DNA of 64,000 nucleotides from Candidatus Omnitrophota bacterium (GCA_018400015.1 JAGYNB010000002.1:52402-116401), one strand, 5' to 3'; positions 42,575-52,961 are shown, numbered from the stretch's first letter. Translations and numbers: made by a program. The notes: generated by a model from the letters alone, not told the origin.

Positions 42575-43846
42575 ATGGAACACCATTTAGAAACCTTAAA
42601 TAACGGTTTGCGCGCAATTTGTGTAAAAGAACCAGATAAAAGATCCGTTTCCTTGGGTATTTGGTTTAATGTCGGTTCGCGCTATGAACATGAAAAGGAA
42701 AAAGGAATTGCCCATTTTATCGAGCATATGTTGTTTAAAGGTTCAAAGCGGTTTGATAAAGATCAAATTAAGCGTTCTATAGAAGGAGTAGGGGGAACTT
42801 TAAACGCTTTTACCAGCGAAGAGTTTACTTGTTATTTGGCAAAAGTGCCTTATCAGCATTTAGATTTGACTTTGGATGTGTTAAGCGATATGTGTCTTAA
42901 TCCAACATTGGATCCCCAGGAGCTGGAAAAAGAAAGATTAGTAATTTTAGAAGAAATCAAAATGTATAAAGATCATCCGGCAATCTATGTAAATGAGTTG
43001 CTGGATCGTTTGATGTGGCCGGACTGTTCTTTGGGAGACCCGGTTATCGGATATGAAAATATCCTTTTGAACATGACAAAAGATGACCTTGTTAATTTTA
43101 GGAATAGGTTTTATGCTCCTAACAACACCGTTATTTCAGTTTGCGGTTATTTCGATATCGATAAATTTAACAAAAAAGTTTCTTCTGTGTTCTCTGGATA
43201 CAAACCGGCAGAATTGAGAATGTTTGAAAAGGCGGTTATGAATAATCATTCCCCTCAGGTAAAAATATTAAAGAAAGACACAGAGCAGACTCATTTGGCT
43301 CTTGGGTTTTATTCTTCTAAAAGAAAAAGCCCTGATAGGTATGCTTTAGCAGTGTTGAATGTGATCATGGGTGCAAATATGTCCAGCAGGCTGTTTGACG
43401 TAATAAGGGAAAAAGAAGGTCTTGCTTATTCAATTTCCAGCTCTTTAAGGAAATTTCACGATGCGGGATTATTTTTAGTGCGTTCTGGTATAAAGAATGA
43501 GAATTTAACTAAGTGTGTTAAGTTGTTGTTAAAAGAACTATCAAAAGTAAAAAAAGAACTAGTACCGGAAAATGAGTTCAAAAGAGCCAAAGATTTCCTT
43601 ATAGGGCAGCTGGAGCTGTCTTTAGAAGATACGTTAGAAAAGATGATTTTCGCAGGGGAATCAATCATGGCTTTAGGAAAGTTTGATTCTTTGGATACGA
43701 TAGTAAAGAAAGTTCAGGCTGTTACGCAAGATGAAGTTAGGGATTTGGCAAAAACAATTTTTGATAAATGTAAGCTGAATATGGCCATAATCGGACCGCA
43801 CGAAACCGATACCGCAGATTTAATTATAAAGGAGATAATGTTATAA
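42575..43846 (+). CDS. M16-family zinc peptidase (insulinase-like)
   Basis: HFIEHMLFKGS inverted zinc motif HxxEH. Confidence 0.8.
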   Translation: MEHHLETLNNGLRAICVKEPDKRSVSLGIWFNVGSRYEHEKEKGIAHFIEHMLFKGSKRFDKDQIKRSIEGVGGTLNAFTSEEFTCYLAKVPYQHLDLTLDVLSDMCLNPTLDPQELEKERLVILEEIKMYKDHPAIYVNELLDRLMWPDCSLGDPVIGYENILLNMTKDDLVNFRNRFYAPNNTVISVCGYFDIDKFNKKVSSVFSGYKPAELRMFEKAVMNNHSPQVKILKKDTEQTHLALGFYSSKRKSPDRYALAVLNVIMGANMSSRLFDVIREKEGLAYSISSSLRKFHDAGLFLVRSGIKNENLTKCVKLLLKELSKVKKELVPENEFKRAKDFLIGQLELSLEDTLEKMIFAGESIMALGKFDSLDTIVKKVQAVTQDEVRDLAKTIFDKCKLNMAIIGPHETDTADLIIKEIML

Positions 43847-43848
43847 CA

Positions 43849-44868
43849 ATGCAAGACTTATTTAATCTCCCAGTTATTTTTATTACGCTTGCTGTATTGG
43901 TTATACTTTCGATGTTTTTTGCCCTTTCGGAAACAGCATTCGTGGCGTTGAATAAATTACGGTTAAGACAGCTTTTGAAGAAAAAAGTTAAGGGAGCTCA
44001 AAGTGCCCAGAGAGTTTTTTCAAAAATGGACCAGTTGATTTCTTTGATTCTCATAGGCAATAATTTTGTGAATATTGCAATCTCTGCTTTGGTGACAAGC
44101 GTATTTATGTTGATTTTTGGCCCAAAGTGGGGCGTAATAATCGCTACAGTATGTGTAGGCATATTTATAGTTATATTTTGTGAGATCATACCGAAACTGT
44201 TTGCCGTACAGCATTCCAAGAGAACGGCTTTGTTTTTAGCCCCGCTTTTGGAGCATCTAATAAAGATCTTCTCTCCTTTAGTAACTGTTTTTGCGTCTTT
44301 TAGCAACTTTGTATTAAGGATTTTTGGAGGTAAACCTCAAAAAAGGGTTCCTTTGATATCAGAAGAAGAACTGCGCATAATGATTGAGTTGGGACGAGAA
44401 GAAGGCGTTGTTACCGAACAGGAACTTAAAATACTTCATAAGACTTTTGAATTTAGTGATTTAAAGGTTAAAGATATTCTTATTTCTAAAGATGATATTG
44501 TGGCAATTAACATTAAAGACAACGCTTCGGAATTGATGCGTGTGCTTGTTGAGGAGGGACATTCTAGGATTCCGGCTTACGAAGGTTCGATTGATAATAT
44601 CAAAGGTATAATATATGCAAGAGATTTACTTTACCTTTTAAGCCATAAAGATTTATTTTTAGTTTCTGATATAGTGCATCCGGCATATTTTATAGGTGCA
44701 GATAAGAAAATCAGTGAATTATTAAAGGAATTTCAGCAAAAAAGGCTGCAGATTGCAATTGTTACCGATAGCACCGGTCGTACGCTGGGGTTGGTGACCT
44801 TAGAGGATTTATTGGAAGAGATTGTTGGAGAGATAGAAGAAGATACTTATAATATTCCCGTAAAATAG
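43849..44868 (+). CDS. hemolysin-family/CNNM transporter-associated protein (DUF21 + CBS pair + CorC_HlyC)
   Basis: Four N-terminal TM helices, CBS domains, C-terminal transporter-associated domain. Confidence 0.75.
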   Translation: MQDLFNLPVIFITLAVLVILSMFFALSETAFVALNKLRLRQLLKKKVKGAQSAQRVFSKMDQLISLILIGNNFVNIAISALVTSVFMLIFGPKWGVIIATVCVGIFIVIFCEIIPKLFAVQHSKRTALFLAPLLEHLIKIFSPLVTVFASFSNFVLRIFGGKPQKRVPLISEEELRIMIELGREEGVVTEQELKILHKTFEFSDLKVKDILISKDDIVAINIKDNASELMRVLVEEGHSRIPAYEGSIDNIKGIIYARDLLYLLSHKDLFLVSDIVHPAYFIGADKKISELLKEFQQKRLQIAIVTDSTGRTLGLVTLEDLLEEIVGEIEEDTYNIPVK

Positions 44869-44898
44869 TACGGTCTTGGATTGTAATAGAGCCTATTG

Positions 44899-44927
44899 TT
44901 GACATTGATTTTAAATTGTGGTAGTAT
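44899..44927 (+). promoter_or_regulatory. sigma70-like promoter TTGACA-17-TAGTAT (TG-extended -10)
   Basis: Near-consensus hexamers in the 94-nt gap; AAAGGAG RBS precedes ATG 44963. Confidence 0.45.
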
Positions 44928-44962
44928 CTTCCTATACTATCAATAGAAAGGAGTTGTTTGCT

Positions 44963-45109
44963 ATGGAACAAGGATATTGCGTAAAATGTAAAGCAAAAAA
45001 AGATATGAAAGATGAACAGAAAGTAACCCTTAAGAACGGCCGTTTGGCTCTTAAAGGAAAATGCTCCACTTGCGGTACAAGCATGTTCAAGATTTTAGGT
45101 AAAAAGTAA
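44963..45109 (+). CDS. small zinc-ribbon protein (DUF5679-like)
   Basis: CVKCKAKKDM...KGKCSTCGTSMFKILGKK, two CxxC pairs; good RBS. Confidence 0.6.
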   Translation: MEQGYCVKCKAKKDMKDEQKVTLKNGRLALKGKCSTCGTSMFKILGKK

Positions 45110-45117
45110 CAAGCAAG

Positions 45118-45501
45118 TTGATAACTTCTAGAAAAAAAGCATACTTAGCAGGAAAGTTAGCGTTAGATAAGAAAGTTAAGGACCTTACGATTTTGGATAT
45201 GCGTAAGGTCTGTAATTTTTGCAGTTATTTTGTAGTGCTTACGGTTAAATCCACCCCCCAGTCCCAGGCGGTTAAGGACGCAATCGTTGAGGGGTTTGGC
45301 AAACAGGGTATAGATTACCGTATTAATGGAAATAACAGCGATTGGGTGTTAATTGATTCTTATGATGTAGTAGTGCATATTTTTGATGAAAACGCCAGAG
45401 ATTTCTATAGCCTAGAACGTCTTTGGCAGAATGCAAGCCAGTTAAAATTACCCGCCTCGATTAAAAATGGTCCAAAAAAAGTTAGAAGAAAATCTCGTTA
45501 A
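45118..45501 (+). CDS. rsfS: ribosomal silencing factor RsfS (Iojap)
   Basis: RsfS family similarity (DYFVVLTVKS..., WVLIDSYDVVVHIF); non-ATG (TTG) start. Confidence 0.8.
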   Translation: MITSRKKAYLAGKLALDKKVKDLTILDMRKVCNFCSYFVVLTVKSTPQSQAVKDAIVEGFGKQGIDYRINGNNSDWVLIDSYDVVVHIFDENARDFYSLERLWQNASQLKLPASIKNGPKKVRRKSR

Positions 45502-47116
45502 GGCTATAAAAACAGTATTGGCGGAACTTTCTCTAACCGAGCCTTCAATTATAAATGAATTATCTTTAGATATTCCTGATTCGGTTTTTGGAGATTTATC
45601 TTCTAATATTGCCTTTAAACTTACCAAGTATTTAAAAAAACCTCCCGTTGTAATTGCCAAAGATTTATCTCAAAGGCTATCATCATTAATTGAAAGCGAC
45701 GCATTCTTATCTAAGAATATAGATAAGGTAAATGTTTCCGCATCCGGTTTTATAAATTTTTTGTTTAAAAAAGATTTTTATATCGATTTGTTGAAAGAGA
45801 TATTAAAAACCAAAGGTAACTTTGCCAGGGATGATTTTGGCAGAGGTAAAAAAGTACAGATAGAGTTTGTTAGCGCTAACCCCACTGGGCCGCTTTCTAT
45901 AGCACATGCAAGGCAGGCGGCAATCGGAGACGCTTTATGCAATCTTTTTAAGTTTTTTGGTTTTTGCGCTGTAAAAGAATATTATATAAATGATGAGGGT
46001 AACCAGATCAATATTTTAGCTCAGTCTACACAGGCGAGGATTAAAGAATTATTAAAAGAGCCGGTGGAATTTAAGGATGAGTTTTATCAGGGAGAGTATA
46101 TTTTTGATATCGCTAAAAGCGTATTGAACAGCAATCTTAAGAAAAAAGACGATTTAAATTTTTTGGCTGATTATTCAGTTAAGTACTTGCTTGATGTAAT
46201 AAAAAAAGACCTGAAAGATTTTGGAGTGGTTTTTGATATATGGTTTTCTCAGAAGAAGCTTACCCTTAATAATGTCCTTAAACTAATCGAGCGTCTTCGA
46301 AAAAAAGATTATATATATGATTTAGACGGTGCCGTATGGTTTAAATCTACTGTTTTTGGCGATGATAAAGATAGGGTTGTTGTAAAGAAAGATAATACTC
46401 TCACTTATCTTGCCTGGGATATACTTTACCATGAAAATAAATTTAAGCGAGGATTTAAGGAAATTATAGATATCTGGGGGCCTGATCATCATGGTTACAA
46501 AGCTCGGATGAATTCAGCTGTACAGGCTTTGGGTTTTCAAAAAGAACAATTGTCTATTTTGATAATTCAATTAGCTACAATCTATAGGGGTGGCAAACCG
46601 GTTTCAATGTCAACAAGAAGGGGCACTTACATATCCTTAAGGGAAGTCTTAGATGAAGTGGGCAAAGATGCTGCAAGATTCTTTTTTATGATGCGTAGAA
46701 TCTCAAGCCACTTAGATTTTGATTTGGAGTTGGCAAAGCGTCAGACTCCGGAAAACCCTGTATATTATGTTCAGTATGCCCATGCACGCATTGCCAATAT
46801 AATCAAGAATGCTTCCAGCTATAAGCTGGGCTGTGATATGGAGTTATTAAACGAACCAGAAGAATTAAATTTAATGCGTACGCTTTTAAAGTATTCTTTT
46901 GTTTTAAGGCAGTGTGTTAGCATTAAAGATCCCTGTAATCTCACTGGTTATCTGCAGGAGCTTGCTGCAGCATTCCATAAGTTCTACGATAAACATAAGG
47001 TTTTGCTTGATGACAGCGGTTTGCGCAATGCCAGAATAACTCTTATTGCCTGCGTTAAGATTATCTTGAGCAATTCTTTTTCCTTTTTAGGTATTAGTTC
47101 TCCTGAGAAGATGTGA
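45467..47116 (+). CDS. argS: arginyl-tRNA synthetase
   Basis: ANPTGPLSIAH(A)R, degenerate HIGH region; C-terminal DALR anticodon-binding domain. Confidence 0.85.
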   Translation: MVQKKLEENLVKAIKTVLAELSLTEPSIINELSLDIPDSVFGDLSSNIAFKLTKYLKKPPVVIAKDLSQRLSSLIESDAFLSKNIDKVNVSASGFINFLFKKDFYIDLLKEILKTKGNFARDDFGRGKKVQIEFVSANPTGPLSIAHARQAAIGDALCNLFKFFGFCAVKEYYINDEGNQINILAQSTQARIKELLKEPVEFKDEFYQGEYIFDIAKSVLNSNLKKKDDLNFLADYSVKYLLDVIKKDLKDFGVVFDIWFSQKKLTLNNVLKLIERLRKKDYIYDLDGAVWFKSTVFGDDKDRVVVKKDNTLTYLAWDILYHENKFKRGFKEIIDIWGPDHHGYKARMNSAVQALGFQKEQLSILIIQLATIYRGGKPVSMSTRRGTYISLREVLDEVGKDAARFFFMMRRISSHLDFDLELAKRQTPENPVYYVQYAHARIANIIKNASSYKLGCDMELLNEPEELNLMRTLLKYSFVLRQCVSIKDPCNLTGYLQELAAAFHKFYDKHKVLLDDSGLRNARITLIACVKIILSNSFSFLGISSPEKM

Positions 47117-48807
47117 TCATGAGAAGAGTCTGGAATATAAATAAAATAAGCGAAGACCTGGAAGATAATTTTGTCAAATCTTTATCAATTACTCCTATTC
47201 TGGCAAGAATCCTGATTAAAAGAGGGTTGACTACAGTAGATCAGGCAAAAGAATTTTTAAGTCCTAATCTTAATAAACTGCTTGATCCTTTTATGCTGCC
47301 AGATATGCAAAAAGCGGTTTTGCGTATTAAAAAAGCAATATCTGAGGATGAGAAGATACTCATTTTTTCAGATTACGATGTTGATGGTATAACTTCATGT
47401 GCGGTTTTAAAAAAAGTTATCTTATCCATGTCGGGTCAAGTATTGCATTATTTCCCGCATCGCATAAAACAAGGCTACGGTTTAAATAATGATGTTGTGA
47501 AGTTTTGTTCTCGCAATAAGATCAGTTTGTTAATTACTTTAGATTGCGGTACATCTGATAAAGAAATTATTGGTACGCTTACAAAAAAAGGTATTGATGT
47601 GATAGTAGTTGATCATCATTTACCTGTAGCTCAAAACGTATCTGAAGCCTATTGTTTAATAAATCCAAAACTTGATAATTCCGGGTACAGCTTTAAAGAT
47701 CTTGCTAGCGTGGGCTTGAGTTTTAAGCTTTCCCAGGCCTTGACAGGGAAAAAATTATGGGATGACTTGGATCTTGTTTGTTTAGGAACGGTTGCTGATG
47801 TTGTTCCATTATTAGGGGAGAACCGTATTATCGTAAAGGAAGGTCTAAAAAGACTAGAAGCTACGAATAAACCTGGTTTAAAGGCATTGTTGAAATTAAG
47901 TAATGTCAAGCCAGGCGTTTTAAGTCCGTTTCATATAGGTTTTATTTTAGGTCCGCGTTTAAATGCAGCAGGGAGGATGGATTCAGCCGAGATTGCTTTT
48001 AAGTTGTTGATGAGTGATTCTTTTGATAACGGTTTAAATTATGCAGATTTGCTCAATCAACATAATAGAAAAAGACAGAAGGTGGAATCCGATGTATATC
48101 GTCAGGTAGTAGAAAGCATAGAAAGGTATTTTGATTTTGATAAAGATAGAATAATAGTCGCACACGGCGAAAAATGGCATTTGGGTGTAACTGGTATCGT
48201 AGCCTCAAAGATAGCTGATAAGTATTACCGGCCTGCAATAATTATTTCTTTTGAAAACGGTTTCGGAAGAGGTTCGGCACGTTCAATCGAAAGTTTCCAT
48301 ATCTTGGATAGCCTTAAACAGTGTTCTGCTTTGTTAAAGGATTTTGGCGGGCATAAACGTGCTGCTGGTTTAAGCATTGAAGAAGATAAAATCAAACTTT
48401 TTAGCGAAAAGATAAATAATTTTGCAAGGAATGTTATAACTGATCTGGATCTATGTCGCAATATAGAAATAGACTCTTTTATAGATTTTGATTCTATTAA
48501 TCACGACCTGTTGAATGAGTTGGAGTTATTGGCTCCTTTTGGAGAAGGTAATCCACAGCCAAAGTTTTGCACAAAGTCCCTGTCTTTAAAAAATGTTCCG
48601 AGAATTCTTTCCAAAGAAACCCTTAAATTATGGTTATCCGATAACACAAGAGTTTTTCCTGCTATAGGTTTTGGTATGAGTTCTTTTTTGTCTACAGTAA
48701 ATAATGCCAAACAGATAGACCTTATTTATGGTATATCTAAAGATACCTGGCAGGGACAAGATAATATTATCTTGAAGATTAAGGATTTGAGGTCTTCTTC
48801 GGTTTGA
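47113..48807 (+). CDS. recJ: single-stranded-DNA-specific exonuclease RecJ
   Basis: DHH motifs (DYDVDGITS, VIVVDHHLP), DHHA1 domain. Confidence 0.9.
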   Translation: MIMRRVWNINKISEDLEDNFVKSLSITPILARILIKRGLTTVDQAKEFLSPNLNKLLDPFMLPDMQKAVLRIKKAISEDEKILIFSDYDVDGITSCAVLKKVILSMSGQVLHYFPHRIKQGYGLNNDVVKFCSRNKISLLITLDCGTSDKEIIGTLTKKGIDVIVVDHHLPVAQNVSEAYCLINPKLDNSGYSFKDLASVGLSFKLSQALTGKKLWDDLDLVCLGTVADVVPLLGENRIIVKEGLKRLEATNKPGLKALLKLSNVKPGVLSPFHIGFILGPRLNAAGRMDSAEIAFKLLMSDSFDNGLNYADLLNQHNRKRQKVESDVYRQVVESIERYFDFDKDRIIVAHGEKWHLGVTGIVASKIADKYYRPAIIISFENGFGRGSARSIESFHILDSLKQCSALLKDFGGHKRAAGLSIEEDKIKLFSEKINNFARNVITDLDLCRNIEIDSFIDFDSINHDLLNELELLAPFGEGNPQPKFCTKSLSLKNVPRILSKETLKLWLSDNTRVFPAIGFGMSSFLSTVNNAKQIDLIYGISKDTWQGQDNIILKIKDLRSSSV

Positions 48808-49033
48808 TGTACTTCTTGACTTTGCCTGCTTTAATGCACTTGGTGCAGACATTGACTGTTTTTATACTTTTTTTGTCAATTATGCGCACTTTCTGCAAAT
48901 TAGGCGAGAAGTATCTCTTATTCACACGGGCGATTTTACTTCCGGTACCGCCTTTTTTCTTATAGAGACCTTTACGAGAATGGGTTTTCCCCGCTACTTT
49001 TTTCTTTCCGCAATAAAAACATTGTTTAGCCAT
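48779..49033 (-). CDS. rpmB: 50S ribosomal protein L28
   Basis: MAKQCFYCGKKKVAGKTHSRKG...KRYFSPNLQKVRI matches the L28 family; start taken at MAKQ, internal to the tracked ORF. Confidence 0.8.
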   Translation of the reverse strand: MAKQCFYCGKKKVAGKTHSRKGLYKKKGGTGSKIARVNKRYFSPNLQKVRIIDKKSIKTVNVCTKCIKAGKVKKYIKPKKTSNP

Positions 49034-49092
49034 AGGTAAAAGTATATATAAAAAGATTTTTTTGTCAAGTTTTTTCAATAATTATAAATAGA

Positions 49093-49121
49093 TTGATTTA
49101 CTAATTGAGGCTTTGTATAAT
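49093..49121 (+). promoter_or_regulatory. consensus sigma70 promoter TTGATT-17-TATAAT directly abutting ATG 49131
   Basis: TATAAT at 49116-49121 sits 9 nt before ATG 49131; the tracked TTG start 49113 lies inside the -10 element. Confidence 0.4.
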
Positions 49122-49130
49122 GAACATACC

Positions 49131-50525
49131 ATGGCAATAAAATTAAAGTTTTGCGGAGGAGTGAGGACTGTTACGGGATCAAGCCATCTGTTGGTTACGG
49201 AAAAATCGCTTATTTTGATCGATGCAGGTATATTTTATGGTCATCGCGAAGAATTTTATTCCGTAAATTCATCTTTTTCTTATAAGGTGCATAAGTTAAA
49301 TGCAGTGGTTGTATCACATGCCCATATTGATCATTGTGGAAATGTGCCTAGTTTGATAAAAAGGGGTTTACGTTGTAGGATTTTCTCCACATCTGCAACT
49401 CGTTCTTTATGCCGGCTTATGTTGGCTGACAGCGGTAAGATCCAGGAAGAAGATATTAATTATCTTAATAAAGTTAATAAAAAATTAGGTCTGCCTTTTA
49501 GGCAGGCGCTATATACCAAAAAAGAAGGTGAGAAGTCAGTAAAAAAATTCCGTGGCATTGCTTACGGGCAGAAATTTAAAATTGCTAAAGATGTGACGCT
49601 TACTTTTGTAAATGCAGGTCATATTCTTGGATCGGCAGTAGTAGTTTTGGATATTATTGAGAAAAATAAAAGTTTAAGGCTTGGCTATGCCGTGGATTTA
49701 GGCAGAAGCGGTCTTCCGATTTTAGATGGCCCGGTAGCACCTGATGGGTTAGATTATTTGGTTATTGAAACTACCTATGGCGGTAGGTTTCATCCCCCGA
49801 TTGTGGACGCAAAAGAGCAGTTTAAGAATGTGATTAACCGTACTATTGAAGCAAGAGGCAAGGTTATTATACCTTCTTTTGCTCTGGAGAGAACCCAGGA
49901 AGTTATTTATTTTTTAAACGAGCTTTTGAAAGAAAAAGCGATTCCTTCAGTTCCTATATATGTGGATAGCCCATTGGCGATAGACATTACAGAAGTATTT
50001 AAAGATAATCTTGCTTTCTTGGATGAAAAAACACGCACCTTGATTAGGATGAAGCAGAGTCCTTTTGAATTTTTGAATTTAAAACGTACAAGAAGCCGCA
50101 GGGAATCAAAAGTATTAAACGAAGATAAGCGCCCGATGATTATTATTGCCGGTTCTGGTATGTGCGAATCAGGTAGGATTCTGCATCATTTGAAAAATAA
50201 CATCGAAGATTCGCGTAATACCGTTTTGATCGTAGGTTATACCGCTAAAGATACTCTTGGCGATCGGATAAGAAGGAAAGAGAGATTCGTTAAGATATTC
50301 GGTATTGAGCATCAGCTGAACGCAAATGTAGAGGTTATTGCGGGTTTTTCCGTACACGCCGACAGTAACGAACTGTTTAATTATGTAAAAAAATATCCTG
50401 ATTTGAAGCGGGTTTTTCTTGTTCATGGTGATGAAGATCAGAGCCAGGCATTTTACAATAGGCTTATCAATGATAACGTCCCTGTTTATAGGCCTGTGCA
50501 GGATGAAGAGGTAGTTCTTGGGTAA
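49131..50525 (+). CDS. beta-CASP family MBL-fold ribonuclease (RNase J/CPSF-like)
   Basis: HAHIDHCG metallo-beta-lactamase motif and C-terminal beta-CASP/RMMBL region. Confidence 0.7.
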   Translation: MAIKLKFCGGVRTVTGSSHLLVTEKSLILIDAGIFYGHREEFYSVNSSFSYKVHKLNAVVVSHAHIDHCGNVPSLIKRGLRCRIFSTSATRSLCRLMLADSGKIQEEDINYLNKVNKKLGLPFRQALYTKKEGEKSVKKFRGIAYGQKFKIAKDVTLTFVNAGHILGSAVVVLDIIEKNKSLRLGYAVDLGRSGLPILDGPVAPDGLDYLVIETTYGGRFHPPIVDAKEQFKNVINRTIEARGKVIIPSFALERTQEVIYFLNELLKEKAIPSVPIYVDSPLAIDITEVFKDNLAFLDEKTRTLIRMKQSPFEFLNLKRTRSRRESKVLNEDKRPMIIIAGSGMCESGRILHHLKNNIEDSRNTVLIVGYTAKDTLGDRIRRKERFVKIFGIEHQLNANVEVIAGFSVHADSNELFNYVKKYPDLKRVFLVHGDEDQSQAFYNRLINDNVPVYRPVQDEEVVLG

Positions 50526-52348
50526 TGGATGAGTTTTCTTTTCGTAACAATTTAACCGCAAAAAACAATTTTTGTTTTTTTGATACCAGTCTCACAGATA
50601 AGACCAACCAAAAAAGTTTTCTTTTTACAGATCCGGTAGATATATTAACTACAAATAAGACTTTAGAAGTAAGTAAAATCCTGAAAACAATCGAAAAGGC
50701 GAGAAGAAAATACTATCTTGCAGGGTTTTTAAGTTACGAGCTTGCTAGTTTTGTCGAACCTTCTATAGGAGAAAATAATTTATGTGGTTTTCCTTTGTTA
50801 TGGTTCGGGGTTTATAAGAAACCATCCATAATTGAAAATACGAGTAAATTAAATTACAGGAATAAAGAGTTTTCATATTTTACATCAGAACACAAACCTA
50901 ATATAACCGATGTTCAGTATTTGGAAAGAATCAAAAAAATCAAAGATTATATCCGAAAGGGGCAAACCTACCAGATAAATTTTACTTATAAGAATAAGTT
51001 TAAGTTTTTTGGCAATGCTTTGGATTTTTACCTTAACGTAAGAAAAAGACAGCCTACCAGTTACAGTGCGTTTATCAATTTTGGCGATAGCAGCATTCTT
51101 TGTTTTTCTCCGGAGTTGTTTTTTAAGAAAACCGGAGATTATATCTACACGAGGCCGATGAAGGGGACGATTGAAAAAGGAAAAAATCGTCTTCAGCAGA
51201 AGCATAACATTAGTTTTTTGAAAAAAAGCAAAAAAGATAAAAGCGAGAATATCATGATTGTCGATCTAATCCGTAACGACCTGGGTAGGATTGCCTTAAA
51301 TGAAACCGTTAAAACATATGATTTATTCCGGGTTGAAAGGTATAGGTCGATCTTGCAGATGACCTCTTCTATAAGGGCAAGATTGAATAAAGATATTTCT
51401 TTTTTGCAACTGGTAAAAAGCATATTCCCTTCGGGATCGGTTACGGGAGCACCCAAGGTAAGTTCTATGCGTTTTATTAAGAGTTTAGAAAATGAACCGC
51501 GTAAGATTTATACGGGCTCTATTGGTTTCATAACCCCTAAAAATAACAGCTGTTTTAATGTCGCTATACGCACCGTCTTGATAGATAAAAAAGAAAATAA
51601 TGCCGAAGTTGGTATTGGCAGTGGAATTGTTTATGATTCAAATCCAAAAAGAGAATTAAAAGAGTGCAGACTTAAAGCTAAATTCCTGACAGATATTGTT
51701 CAGCCTGAATTTAAGCTTATTGAGACGATATTTTTCTCACAAAAAGATGGATATTATTTACTTAAGTATCATTTGAACAGGTTGTCTAAGTCGGCAAAGT
51801 TTTTCAGTTATTTTTTTGATAGACATAATATTAGAAAAAAGCTTGATGATTTTGCCAGCAGGATAGGATCAAAAGAAGATTTATTCAAGGTAAGACTTTT
51901 ATTATCAAAACAAGGAAATGTTTCTCTGGAGGATTATAAGATAAAAATTAGCAACAAGCCTAGATATGTAAGAATAAGTACTGATAGGATAGATAAAGAT
52001 AATATTTTTGTTTATCATAAGACTACCAATAGAAGTTTTTATGACAACGGTCTTAAAAAAGCAAGAAAATCGGGCTTATTTGATTTTATTTATCTAAACA
52101 ATAACGAAGAGGTTTGTGAAAGTTCTATTGGTAACTTAGTTATAAAAAAGGGAAGTAGTTTTTTTACCCCACCTTTGAGTTGTGGTATACTTTGCGGTGT
52201 GTACCGGGAGTTTCTTTTAAGAGAGAGTTCTTTAAGTCGAAAAATAATCGAGAAGGTTATTTCGGCGCAAGATTTAGTAAACTGCGATAAAATTTTTATT
52301 ATAAATTCTGTTATAAAAATGCAGGAAGTAAAACTATTGACAAAATAA
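50525..52348 (+). CDS. pabB: aminodeoxychorismate synthase component I fused to aminodeoxychorismate lyase-like (class IV aminotransferase) domain
   Basis: Chorismate-binding motifs (PMKGTIEKG, SGSVTGAPKVSSM, GSIGFI); C-terminal PabC-like domain (GNLVIKKGSSFFTPPLSCGILCGVYR). Confidence 0.7.
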   Translation: MDEFSFRNNLTAKNNFCFFDTSLTDKTNQKSFLFTDPVDILTTNKTLEVSKILKTIEKARRKYYLAGFLSYELASFVEPSIGENNLCGFPLLWFGVYKKPSIIENTSKLNYRNKEFSYFTSEHKPNITDVQYLERIKKIKDYIRKGQTYQINFTYKNKFKFFGNALDFYLNVRKRQPTSYSAFINFGDSSILCFSPELFFKKTGDYIYTRPMKGTIEKGKNRLQQKHNISFLKKSKKDKSENIMIVDLIRNDLGRIALNETVKTYDLFRVERYRSILQMTSSIRARLNKDISFLQLVKSIFPSGSVTGAPKVSSMRFIKSLENEPRKIYTGSIGFITPKNNSCFNVAIRTVLIDKKENNAEVGIGSGIVYDSNPKRELKECRLKAKFLTDIVQPEFKLIETIFFSQKDGYYLLKYHLNRLSKSAKFFSYFFDRHNIRKKLDDFASRIGSKEDLFKVRLLLSKQGNVSLEDYKIKISNKPRYVRISTDRIDKDNIFVYHKTTNRSFYDNGLKKARKSGLFDFIYLNNNEEVCESSIGNLVIKKGSSFFTPPLSCGILCGVYREFLLRESSLSRKIIEKVISAQDLVNCDKIFIINSVIKMQEVKLLTK

Positions 52349-52364
52349 AAAATAATTGTATAAT
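52337..52364 (+). promoter_or_regulatory. sigma70-like promoter TTGACA-16-TATAAT for the por operon
   Basis: Consensus hexamers overlapping the 3' end of pabB, 45 nt upstream of porG ATG. Confidence 0.45.
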
Positions 52365-52408
52365 TAAAAATCGGTTTTGCCTTCAAGGTTTAAAAACTAA
52401 AAAACAGA

Positions 52409-52960
52409 ATGAAAGAGATTAGAATACATGCCCGTGCCGGTCAGGGCGCAATAACGACCGCGGTAATTTTAGGACAGGCTTATTTTCAGGAAGGGAAGTA
52501 TGTCTATGCCTTTCCGCATTTTGGGGCAGCCAGAATGGGTGCGCCTATGAATGCCTTTGTCCGCTTGGATGATAACCCTGTAAGGCTGAGAAGCCAGATA
52601 TATTATCCTAATTACCTTTTGGTTATAGATGATACTCTTTTGAGGGGTTTTAATTGTTTTGCCGGGTTTCAAGACCGGGGCATTGCTGTAATTAATACAA
52701 ACCAGGAGTCTTTGGCTACTGGTGTAAAAAAGACACAGAAAGCCTACTTTGTTCCAGGTAATGACATTGCTTTAAAGACTATAGGTAAGCCTTTAGGTAA
52801 TACTGCCATTTTGGGTGCTTTTGTTGCCGCAACCGATGAGCTAAAGTTGGATTCTTTATTAATTAGTATAGAAAAGCGTTTTCCTGAGAAGATCCGTAAG
52901 GTAAATATAGAAGCGGCAAAACAGGGTTACGAATTTGTAAAAAAAATAAGGAATAAATGA
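52409..52960 (+). CDS. porG: pyruvate/2-oxoacid:ferredoxin oxidoreductase gamma subunit
   Basis: HARAGQGAITTAVILGQA motif. Confidence 0.85.
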   Translation: MKEIRIHARAGQGAITTAVILGQAYFQEGKYVYAFPHFGAARMGAPMNAFVRLDDNPVRLRSQIYYPNYLLVIDDTLLRGFNCFAGFQDRGIAVINTNQESLATGVKKTQKAYFVPGNDIALKTIGKPLGNTAILGAFVAATDELKLDSLLISIEKRFPEKIRKVNIEAAKQGYEFVKKIRNK

Positions 52961-52961
52961 T

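Noticed and set aside
49113-49130. TTG start for the MBL-fold RNase as given in the ORF track
   Set aside because: The TTG sits inside a consensus TATAAT -10 hexamer; ATG 49131 (MAIKLKF...) is the likelier start.
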